Below are positions 26,484 to 35,329 of a stretch of 59,812 nt of DNA, piece by piece. Numbering within the stretch: position 1 is the stretch's first letter; each line of letters begins with the position of its first letter. Source of the DNA: an uncultured bacterium (GTDB lineage: Bacteria > Patescibacteriota > Minisyncoccia > Phycocordibacterales > Phycocordibacteraceae); assembly GCA_963851445.1 (NCBI GenBank), contig CAWKPH010000001.1, forward strand, positions 1 through 59,812, written 5' to 3'. Position numbers and translations under genes: made by a program. A model generated the notes under the pieces. The model worked only from the letters and a program-made list of their open reading frames with translations, made no database searches and was not told the origin of the DNA.

Positions 26484-28213
26484 ATGATTAGCTATTATGA
26501 ACGACTTGCGTCACATGTGCTTTTCTTCGGCATTTTTGTTGTGTGCATATTAAATCTCGAACTATTTCTAGGGATTTCTATTCCAAGACTAATCTTACCC
26601 TCTGCTTATATAGCTTATCTTTTAATTATATTACTCATAAAATTCTTGATGAATCAAAGAGTGGAGAAAAATGATGTTCTGATAGTTATCATTCTACCAG
26701 TTTTATTTCTCATCGGATCATTTCTGTTAGCTCATACCTATGATTTCACATTCGACGGCGAGAATTACCACCAGACCGCAGTCATTTCTCTTACAAATGG
26801 TTGGAATCCAATCAGAGATGCACAACTCGTAATACCCGCCCCTGTGGGCTTATACGGGATTTCGGGGGAATTTAGTAAGCCTTATGTAGCTGGTTATCCA
26901 AAAGCACTTTGGCTTATACAAAGTTCCATATACACACTTACAGGGCATATCAACTCGGCTGTAGTTACCAATCTCATTGTAGGATTATTAGCGTTCATTT
27001 TTCTTTCTTCTTTGCTTTTAAGGCTAGGGGGGTAAGCAAGACATGGACCTATCTTATTACGACATGCGGAGTCTTGGGAGTAAATTTCATTCAACAGTTT
27101 TTTTCCTTTACTGCAGATGGTTTTAGCTATGAAATGTCTATAATCTGCCTCGTTTCTCTAGTATCTTTGATGATAGATAGCAATAAAATTAGATCGTTTT
27201 TCATGTTTCTCTGCTCCTGGCTGTTCTTAATCGGAACTAAGTATAGCAATTTTTATATTGGTTTTGGTTTTGGTTTAGTTTGCTTATTATCACTTTTTTT
27301 AATTTATCGGCGCTCTCCCCAGATGAACTTGAGGTCAGTGATTTATCTTGGGTTTTGCGCTGCAATATTAGCGGTTCTTGTTCTATTTGACCCATTCCTT
27401 GTAAACATCTATAAATATGGTTCTCCAATCTATCCTGTTAATTATCAATGGGCAGCTAACGATTTACTGGCGGAAAATATCCCACACAATCTGTCAGGTG
27501 CTAATAAATTTGAATTATTGTTTTATGGAATCTATTCCGAAACGCAAACCCCATCAGCTGCAAGTGATCCTAGCAATATCGCTCAACTAAAGATTCCCTT
27601 TACTGTAGGACCTGGCGAGCTTTCAAATATTGCTGCCGTAGAACCATCGGAAAGGGTTTCAGATGCGGGGGTCCTGTATAGTGGGGTATTTACACTTAGC
27701 CTTATTATACTTCTTATACTGTATCTGTTTGATTCGTCAAAGCGAGATAAATTCTTATTAAGAATCTGTGCTTGTATTATAATTCTCATACTTATATGTG
27801 CGCTCGCTACCCCAACACCAAATGTCATTAGATATACTCCTCTACTGACTTTTATTCCGGTTCTATCGCTCATAGTGATAGTTTTAATTGATCGGCCTCG
27901 AATTTTCTCTTGGCTACGAGTTGGAAAATTTTTACTTGCGGGATTTATAGTTATTAACACTGCTATATCGTTGTACTGTATCGAGACCTCAACTTTGCGA
28001 GAGACACTCCAATTAGACAGGCAATTGTCGATAATGAGTAAAAGCGGGATAGTTTATAACGTGTATGCTCCGGGTTTCTATTCCAGCTATACTCGACTGA
28101 AGGAGGCTGGTGTTAAATTTTATGAAACTCAGAATTTGGGATGCGATAATCCACAGACTTTGGATTTTACTTACGGAGAGTATGCAACAGAATTTTGTCC
28201 GAGAAAAAGCTAA
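26484..28213 (+). pseudogene. polytopic membrane protein, paralog of 28304..30028, with its reading frame broken once at a G6 tract; could be a pseudogene, a sequencing error, or a -1 frameshift/phase-variable gene
   Basis: ORFs 26427..27035 and 26909..28213 together align along the full length of the intact 574-aa neighbour. Shared blocks include ERLASHVLFF, HTYDF, NGWNPIRD, IQQFFS..DGFSYE, GTKYSN, YGSPIYP, ENIPHNL and GCDNPQTLDFTY. The frames differ by -1 at 27027..27035. Confidence 0.75.
27027..27032 (+). repeat. G6 homopolymer immediately followed by an in-frame TAA, at the site of the frame break
   Basis: CTA GGG GGG TAA in the upstream frame. The downstream frame is reached by reading GTA from 27032, equivalent to one extra G. 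Confidence 0.9.
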
Positions 28214-28303
28214 CGATTTTATTTAACTTTGAGAGTAAATAATAATTTAGATGGTCAACAATTACCTATATGATATATAGTTACTAGAGCTTCTATATTT
28301 CTC

Positions 28304-30028
28304 ATGGAAACTTATCCGGAACGGCTTGCGTCACATGTGCTTTTCTTCGCTATTTTTTTCCTAGTCATAGTGAATGTTGGCTTTTTCATTGGAATTCCAA
28401 TTACCCATTTCATCCTCCCACTTGCTTATATCCTATACTTGACAATCCTATTCTTAATTACTCGTAGATCAGAACGAAAGGTAGAGAGACTTCATATTAT
28501 ATCTGCGATGGTGATTGTGTTAATTTTTGGCATAGGAATATTCATCTTTGGGCATACCTATGATTTCAGCTATGATGGACAAAGCTTTGACGAAACGGCG
28601 CTAATATCGCTTGCCAACGGTTGGAATCCCATTAGAGATTCTCAAGTAGTGATACCTGCCCCGACTGGCCTATACGGGATCGGGGGTGAATTTGGTAGAC
28701 CGGATGTAATTGGATATCCAAAGATGCTTTGGGAAATTCAAGCCTCGATTTATAAACTCACGGGCCGCATAAATTCCGGTATGATTACCAATTTAGTAGC
28801 GGCCTTAGCGGCGTTTATATTTCTTTACTATCTGCTTCAGCGTCTTGGATTAAGACGATTCTGGGCTGCATTTACTACCTCCCTGGCTGTTTTAGGACCT
28901 GTCTTCATTCAGCAACTGTTTTCATATATGTCTGACGGCTTTGGCTATGAGCTGTCTCTTATAGCCATCGTTTCTCTAATAACTCTTGCTCTCGAGAAGG
29001 GAAAGACACGGCCTCTGTTAGTGTTTATGTTTTCGTGGCTTTTTCTTGTAGGTACAAAATACAGTAACGGATGCGTAGCCTTCGTTCTCGCTTTTGTATG
29101 CTTAATTATCTTAATTCAAATTGTGCGTGATAGTCCGAAGTTGTTTAAACCAATTTTCAAAATTCTTTTAGGAGGTGCTCTAGTGGGAGTCATAATACTG
29201 ATCGAACCTTATGTAATTAATCTCATACGATATGGGTCACCGCTATATCCTGATAATGCTACATCAGCTATTGCAAACGTAGAGACCGAAAATATTCCAC
29301 ACAATCTCGTAAGCGATAACAAGTTTGAATTAATCTTCTATGGAATTTATTCACAAAGACAACCATCTTCAAATTCGACCGCTGCCGAGAATGTAGCTCT
29401 ATTGAAGATTCCCTTCTCAACAAGTCTCTCAGAGCTTCAGAATTCTGCTGTCGCGGGACCCTCTGATAGGGTTGGGTCGGGGGGCATTTTTTTTAGCGGA
29501 GTATTTACTTTGAGTCTTATCATTTTAGTATGTGCATTGCTTTTTGAATTCTCTTCATATGGAGAACTGGTACTTGGGCTTACAAGTCTCATTGTCTTTC
29601 TTATTCTTGCCTGTGCGCTTCCCTTGCCCGCTCCGAATGTGCTTCGATTTACACCACTTATAACTGTTATACCTGTATTTATACTTATAAGCCTTCTTCT
29701 TATAGATAAATCTAAGCCGCCCTCTTGGGTACGCGTTGCGATACGTATCTTAGCTCTTTCTATCATCATTAACATAGGTATGTATATCGTTCTCGTTGGT
29801 GACACAAGATCGAATGTAACTCGTGAAATAAATCAACAACTGATATCAATGCGCGACAGCGGATTAACCTATAATGTTTATGCTGCAGGCTTTTATTCCA
29901 GCTATATTCGGTTGGAAGAAGCTGGTATTAAATTTCACATGAGTTCGAACATTGGTTGCACAAATCCGCAAACTTTAGATTTAACATACGCTGCATATGC
30001 AACTACTTTTTGTCCTCAGAAAAAATAG
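28304..30028 (+). CDS. uncharacterised large polytopic membrane protein (possible GT-C-like glycosyltransferase/polymerase), intact paralog
   Basis: 574 aa with many hydrophobic segments. An acidic first-loop motif HTYDFSYDGQSFDE and a conserved C-terminal soluble module (YNVYAAGFYSSYIRLEEAGIKF...GCTNPQTLDLTYAAYATTFCP) are present. The family assignment is inference only. Confidence 0.7.
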   Translation: METYPERLASHVLFFAIFFLVIVNVGFFIGIPITHFILPLAYILYLTILFLITRRSERKVERLHIISAMVIVLIFGIGIFIFGHTYDFSYDGQSFDETALISLANGWNPIRDSQVVIPAPTGLYGIGGEFGRPDVIGYPKMLWEIQASIYKLTGRINSGMITNLVAALAAFIFLYYLLQRLGLRRFWAAFTTSLAVLGPVFIQQLFSYMSDGFGYELSLIAIVSLITLALEKGKTRPLLVFMFSWLFLVGTKYSNGCVAFVLAFVCLIILIQIVRDSPKLFKPIFKILLGGALVGVIILIEPYVINLIRYGSPLYPDNATSAIANVETENIPHNLVSDNKFELIFYGIYSQRQPSSNSTAAENVALLKIPFSTSLSELQNSAVAGPSDRVGSGGIFFSGVFTLSLIILVCALLFEFSSYGELVLGLTSLIVFLILACALPLPAPNVLRFTPLITVIPVFILISLLLIDKSKPPSWVRVAIRILALSIIINIGMYIVLVGDTRSNVTREINQQLISMRDSGLTYNVYAAGFYSSYIRLEEAGIKFHMSSNIGCTNPQTLDLTYAAYATTFCPQKK

Positions 30029-30031
30029 CTA

Positions 30032-31677
30032 CTAGTCTAATTGATGCATTGCAAAAACATCCGCCATTTTATATTTGTAGTTTCCTCGAATTAAAACCTG
30101 TACATGTGTCACAAATGTCAGAAGAGCTTCTGAAAAGAAGAAATAATACATTAGAATGCTATTAAGTACGGCCCAGAAAAGGATCTGAGGAGCGCTATGC
30201 TTTGTGTAAAAACCAACAACTATATCAATGAGGGTAATTGAGCCTAGTATAAAATGAATTATGAATAAGGAAGGAGTGTAGGTTTTGCCTTGATTGTCTC
30301 CCTTTGGGGTGACTACGTAAGTGAGCTTCTTCCCTCGAACTACGCCTATGAATGCGAGAAAATAGATTGGCCATGCAGCGATAGAAACCAGCCGAGCACT
30401 AAGCAATAGACCTCGTTCCGTTTCCGGCTGAATATTGAATCGCTGAAGCCAGAGTTGGAACATGACTTGGTATAGAATAAGAGGTATGTATAGGAGCAAA
30501 ATTGGTAATAATGCCATCTTGGCTGATGTGATGCCGAAAAAGAAATAAAGCGTAAGAAGGATGATACCAACGGCCTGCGCTATGCCCGAGAAATAGAACT
30601 GCTGAAGTAGAGTGTAATTAAGCATGCGCCTGAAATTCATTTTTGGCAGAAGATTTGGCGCATGCCGAAACACTATATCCATACAACCATATGCCCACCG
30701 CATCTGCTGACCAAAATACGAAGCCCACGTGACAGGTCCTTCACCAACTAGAAGAACCTCTGGAACATAGACACTCTTCCACTTGCTTTCATGAGCATAC
30801 AATTTCATACCAGTGAGCATATCTTCTGCAATATGCGCGGTGTATCCGTCGATATCCCTGCATGCCTTTGTACGCAATATATGGTTTGCACCGATGAGCA
30901 AAGTCATATCGTGATGGAAGAAGCCTTTTTGAAGAGGTCCATAAAACCCGTACGTCTGTTCAGCGGCACCGCGCGCAATCCATGATTCATCGAGATTGCC
31001 GTACACTTGGGGCGTCCCAACGAAGGCAACAGCTGGATCCCTGAAGTATCCTAGTGTACGCATGAGAAAATCTCTCTTTGGGATGAAATCGATATCGTGC
31101 TGCGCGACTATGTCATATCTCTGATCATAGTGGTGAAGCCATGAGTTATAATTTCCTCCTTTGGTTTTTGCCTTAAATTTACCGCTGGGAGAACTGAACA
31201 TTTTTTTCCTTTCCGAGAATAATGCATTACGCCATATTTTTCACAGATACTCTTTGCCGCTGGATCGTCGCCCTCATCAAGGAGCCATGTGTCGTGAGGA
31301 TAAGAAACCTGCGTCATTGCCTCGAGCGTCTTCTCAAGCATATCGTAGGGCTCTGCGCCTGGGACGAAGGCTGTCAGATATGCAACGCGCAGATTTTCCT
31401 CAGGAGCAAGGGTTTGCTTCGGATGCTTCATCTCTGAAGCCATGTACCAAGCAAAGATTTCCATTACAATCTGGTGCCAGACGATGTAGGTAAGAAGTAA
31501 GAAAAGTAGGTAGTCAAATGTATGTGCCCATCCAACCCAGTTATGAGAAATATGCGAGGGCTGGAACCACCATATGCCAAAAGCGGTTGTGAGTGAAATT
31601 CCAACAACAAAAAGACAGGTAAAGATTATCTTTTGTGTACCTGTCATTGCGTCTACTTTTTCTACGACCGAGGTCAT
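30032..31677 (-). pseudogene. second processive GT2 (cellulose-synthase-like), with its reading frame broken once at an A7 tract; could be a pseudogene, a sequencing error, or a -1 frameshift/slippage gene
   Basis: The N-terminal ORF 31108..31677 has TM helices, LLDEGDD and YSRKGKK. The C-terminal ORF 30032..31201 has KAKTKGGNYNSWL, QHDIDFIP, TPQVYGN, IAEDMLTG and QQMRWAYG. Joined, they give one complete GT2 like 24673..26322. Confidence 0.78.
31201..31207 (-). repeat. A7 homopolymer (T7 on the plus strand) forming A AAA AAA in the zero frame, at the site of the frame break
   Basis: Minus strand reads CGG AAA GGA AAA AAA TGT. A -1 slip gives ...AAA AAA ATG TTC AGT..., which is the downstream ORF frame. 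Confidence 0.9.
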
Positions 31678-31839
31678 ATTCGCTTGCGTTTTAATTTCAA
31701 ACTCATTACTTCATTGTTATCTAACTTATAACACAGGTGTATATAGATGTCTAATTTCTATGAATATAACAATACTAGTAAGAAGCGGATGAGTTATTGA
31801 TGAGTTTGCAGTTATTAGAACGTTTAATTTGATATACAC

Positions 31840-32931
31840 TTACTTCTTTTGATAAGCGCGCACGTACTCAATGTACATATTTGCAGGCCACACATTGGAC
31901 ATGTCTGGAGTGGATGGCCAACTTCCAGGACCACCAACTGCAAGATTAACAAGCATGTAAAAAGGCTTGTCCGTTTCAGAATTTGCAGGACACGTTGCGT
32001 ATGGTTTCCCATCAAAATAATAGGTAATTCCGGTTGGCTCAATGTCTACGCCATACGTATTAAAACTTTGGGTTATATCTACACCGACGTTGTACCAACC
32101 TCCGCACGACTGGCCATTTACAGTCGAATGCGAACCATAATGAATCATAGTGATTCCCCCTTCTCCTGTAGAACTTGTTCCTCCGAATGCTTCCATAGCA
32201 TCGATTTCAGGAGGCCAACTTTTGTCGACTGGTAGAAGCCAGAATGCAGGCCAGAGACCCTTCCCTTTTGGTAATTTTGCACGCATTTCGAAATACCCAT
32301 ACTCCTGGGAAAAGGAGAATTGGGTCGTGATCATGCCCGAGGTGTACTGTGCCCAAGGTCCCACTGCGGAGCTTATTTGCTGAGTTGCTGGCATTGCCTT
32401 GATGTCGAGTATTCCGTCTGATACCGAAAAGGGATTAGAGGGGTCCATCGCTGCAATGGCAGTTGACTCCTTTTTTAGGAATGCGATGAAGCCAGGGTCT
32501 ACATATACTTCTGCCTCATCATTAGCAGCATTAGTTCGTGAACAAAAGTAATAAACAGTTTGCCAGATACCGGTACCTCCGGGATTGCAAGTGACGTTTC
32601 CATTCGCATCCACATATCGACTGAATGAATTGAATTCACCATCAAATGTAAGAGTCATTCCTTGAAGAAGTGCCGCCGTAGAATCGGTAGGAGAAACGGC
32701 TGCAGCCGAAGTTAAAGGAATGATTTCTCCAGTCGTGCTAAAAGAGGTCGTCGCAGTTGTTTCGGGAGTTGAGGTAGATGACTCGGCACCGGTTCCCATG
32801 CTTAAGGCTAGGGGTCTATTAGTTGCATGACTATTTCTCCATGCAAGCAGGACGACAATTCCAAGAATGAGCACTAAAAATGCTAATCCAAGCAATTTCA
32901 GATATTTTGAACTCCGTCTCATTTGTCTCAT
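31840..32931 (-). CDS. secreted/anchored glycoside hydrolase family 16 (beta-1,3 or beta-1,3-1,4-glucanase-like)
   Basis: N-terminal TM segment and a Ser/Thr linker, then GH16 motifs GLWPAFWLLP and the catalytic E-I-D-x-x-E (WPPEIDAMEAFGG). Confidence 0.85.
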   Translation of the reverse strand: MRQMRRSSKYLKLLGLAFLVLILGIVVLLAWRNSHATNRPLALSMGTGAESSTSTPETTATTSFSTTGEIIPLTSAAAVSPTDSTAALLQGMTLTFDGEFNSFSRYVDANGNVTCNPGGTGIWQTVYYFCSRTNAANDEAEVYVDPGFIAFLKKESTAIAAMDPSNPFSVSDGILDIKAMPATQQISSAVGPWAQYTSGMITTQFSFSQEYGYFEMRAKLPKGKGLWPAFWLLPVDKSWPPEIDAMEAFGGTSSTGEGGITMIHYGSHSTVNGQSCGGWYNVGVDITQSFNTYGVDIEPTGITYYFDGKPYATCPANSETDKPFYMLVNLAVGGPGSWPSTPDMSNVWPANMYIEYVRAYQKK

Positions 32932-33043
32932 TATATACAGGTTATGAAATTATGCTTTTCGAGCCCGGTTCAACGTTCCGATATCGTACTTTTGTCACTT
33001 GGTGGTCTTACGAGATATCGATGCTAGATATTTTATATAAGAG

Positions 33044-33114
33044 TGCGGAATGCGAGAATCGAACTCGCGCCTAGTGCTTGGGAAGCACTCGTTCTACCAC
33101 TAAACTAATCCCGC
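33044..33114 (-). tRNA. tRNA-Gly (anticodon CCC)
   Basis: Hand-folded. Acceptor GCGGGAT/ATTCCGC, anticodon arm AGTGC-TTCCCAA-GCACT and T-arm GCGAG-TTCGATT-CTCGC. Its 3' end faces the AT-rich glycan cluster. Confidence 0.88.
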
Positions 33115-33497
33115 TAAAAATGTAACCATCCAAACCACCTCTGCCAAAATGTGAGCGGCGGTGTTGAGGTAGCTACTGAGGTCTGAGGCACAACGATGAT
33201 AACCCCTTCTCCGGGTTTTGCAACGCCATATGTATCGCGTAGTGTGGCCTCCTGACCACGTTCCGTGGAAAGCTCATTCACATTGGCTTGCAGAGTTTTT
33301 TCGCGTGTACTAAGACTGGTAAGCTGAGCGTGTGACGCACGTGCCGCAGCCTGCGCGATCTGCTCCTTGCGAAAAATGCTCACATTTAAAAAGACAAGCC
33401 ACACAATAAGGAGTGCTAATCCAGCTGCAAGGAGATAGTCCTTCACCCGAAAGGGTCTGTGGCGCTTAGGCGCTATACGACGACTGGATTTAACCAT
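33114..33497 (-). CDS. septum formation initiator-like (FtsB/DivIC family) membrane protein
   Basis: Single TM segment, a coiled-coil stretch (QLTSLSTREKTLQANVNELSTERGQEATLRD) and the family-typical tail YGVAKPGEGVIIVVP. The stop codon overlaps the first base of tRNA-Gly. Confidence 0.55.
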   Translation of the reverse strand: MVKSSRRIAPKRHRPFRVKDYLLAAGLALLIVWLVFLNVSIFRKEQIAQAAARASHAQLTSLSTREKTLQANVNELSTERGQEATLRDTYGVAKPGEGVIIVVPQTSVATSTPPLTFWQRWFGWLHF

Positions 33498-33525
33498 TCT
33501 TTCAGTATATCAAGGTACATGTTCT

Positions 33526-35322
33526 CTATCGCTCGCTCTCCTGCACCATTTTCATAAACACATCCTCTGGAATATCTACTTTCGCGTGTACGGCACGTTT
33601 CTTCTTTCCTTTCTTCTGCTTCTCAAGAAGCTTCATTTTGCGCGTAATGTCGCCACCGTAGAGGTAGCCCGTCACGTCTTTACGCAGCGCCGAGAGAGTT
33701 TTGGAGGAAATGATGCGACCGAGCGCCTGAGCCTGAATCTTTGTCACGAACATCTGTCGTGGAAGTATTCCTGCGAGTTTTTCAACCATCTTCTCCCCTT
33801 CCTGCTCAACGCGACGGCGAGAGATGATGCGGGCGAATGCGGGAACGGGTTCCTCAGCAACTAGTATGTCGAGTCGCACCACATCTGCTGGCCGTTCATC
33901 GAGGAATTCATACGAAAGCGAGGCATAACCCGACGAGACATTTTTTACACGATCAAAAAAGCCGCGCATGAGCTCTCGTAGCGGCATTTCAGCGGAGAGC
34001 TCAATACGGTCGTCGCTATACACCTGCGTGTCCATCACGGCTCCCTCGTGATCATGGAAGAGCTGCAAGAGCCCAGAGAGAGCGTCAGGGGGCGTGATGA
34101 GAGTGACTTTGACCCATGGCTCCTCGACTGCAGCTATATCGCCATACTCGGGAAATCGTGACGGAGTGTAGACGGTTTCGCGCTTATTATTCTTCGTCGT
34201 AACGTTGTAGGCGATGGTCGGAATGGTGACGATGAGCGTAAGATCGAACTCGCGCCGCAGGCGTTCTGTGACAATTTCAAGGTGTAGCATACCGAGGAAT
34301 CCACAGCGAAACCCGCGGCCAAGAACGCCGGACGATTCTTCTTCAAACGATAGAGAGGAGTCAGAGAGCCGCAAGCGTTCAAGTGCCTGGCGCAGGTTCG
34401 GTAGATCATCCTGGCTTTCAGGGTATACCGATGCCCAAACAACAGGGCGCGGACGTATGAATTCTCCAAGCGGGCTGAGTGTCCCGTGATCAGCGGCAAT
34501 CGTATCGCCAACAGCAACTATCCCGGCCTCCTTAACGCCAGTCACGATGTAGCCAATCTCGCCAACCGAAAGAGAGTCAGCGGGGGTCTCGTCTGGCATG
34601 AATACGCCAGTCTCAAGAGCTGTGAACCTTTTTCCTGCCGCCATAAATCGTAAGGCGTCGCCCTTCTTAAGCGAACCATCGAAAATACGTGCATACACGG
34701 CAATACCGCGATGCGTTGAGTATGAAAAATCAAAAATGAGCGCGCGAGGCTCGTTCCCTTCACTTGGACGCGGTGAAGGTACTACGCGAATGATTTCTTC
34801 AAGAAGGTCCTCTACTCCCTCGCCAGTGCGACCCGATACAGCGAGAACAGTGTCAGGAGAAATATCGAGCAAGGTTGCGAGCTCAAGGCGTATGTCGTCT
34901 GGGCGCGCCGCAGGCGAATCAATTTTCGAAAGAACCGGGATGATGACACACCCGGCAGCTTTTGCCATGCCGAGCACGGATAGAGTCTGTGCTTGCACGC
35001 CCTGAGTAGAGTCAACAAGAAGAATCACTCCCTCAACCGCCGAAAGTGCGCGCGAGACTTCGTAGGCAAAATCAATGTGTCCTGGAGTGTCGATCAGATT
35101 CAGAATATATTCTTGTCCATCCCGTGCCTTGTAGCGCATACGAGCCGGCTGCATCTTGATGGTGATACCCCGTTCGCGCTCAAGATCCATACGATCGAGC
35201 ACTTGATCACGCATCTTGCGTGCCTCAATCGTTCCGGTTCGTTCAAGAAACCGATCTGCAAGGGTCGATTTTCCATGGTCTATATGTGCCACGATGGAAA
35301 AGTTTCGTATTTGTGTTGTCAT
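33526..35322 (-). CDS. lepA: translation elongation factor 4
   Basis: IRNFSIVAHIDHGKSTLADR G1 motif, DTPGH, and full-length LepA-type C-terminal blocks. Length is 598 aa. Confidence 0.97.
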   Translation of the reverse strand: MTTQIRNFSIVAHIDHGKSTLADRFLERTGTIEARKMRDQVLDRMDLERERGITIKMQPARMRYKARDGQEYILNLIDTPGHIDFAYEVSRALSAVEGVILLVDSTQGVQAQTLSVLGMAKAAGCVIIPVLSKIDSPAARPDDIRLELATLLDISPDTVLAVSGRTGEGVEDLLEEIIRVVPSPRPSEGNEPRALIFDFSYSTHRGIAVYARIFDGSLKKGDALRFMAAGKRFTALETGVFMPDETPADSLSVGEIGYIVTGVKEAGIVAVGDTIAADHGTLSPLGEFIRPRPVVWASVYPESQDDLPNLRQALERLRLSDSSLSFEEESSGVLGRGFRCGFLGMLHLEIVTERLRREFDLTLIVTIPTIAYNVTTKNNKRETVYTPSRFPEYGDIAAVEEPWVKVTLITPPDALSGLLQLFHDHEGAVMDTQVYSDDRIELSAEMPLRELMRGFFDRVKNVSSGYASLSYEFLDERPADVVRLDILVAEEPVPAFARIISRRRVEQEGEKMVEKLAGILPRQMFVTKIQAQALGRIISSKTLSALRKDVTGYLYGGDITRKMKLLEKQKKGKKKRAVHAKVDIPEDVFMKMVQESER

Positions 35323-35329
35323 TAGGTAA

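Noticed and set aside
24028-33114. A direct repeat of the tRNA-Gly 3' end at the far side of the AT-rich cluster, which would mark att sites of an integrated island.
   Set aside because: I found no copy of the tRNA 3' segment (TGCGGAATGCGAGAATCGAAC) near 24.0 kb. The hairpin there is an unrelated terminator-like palindrome. Island status therefore rests on composition and content only.
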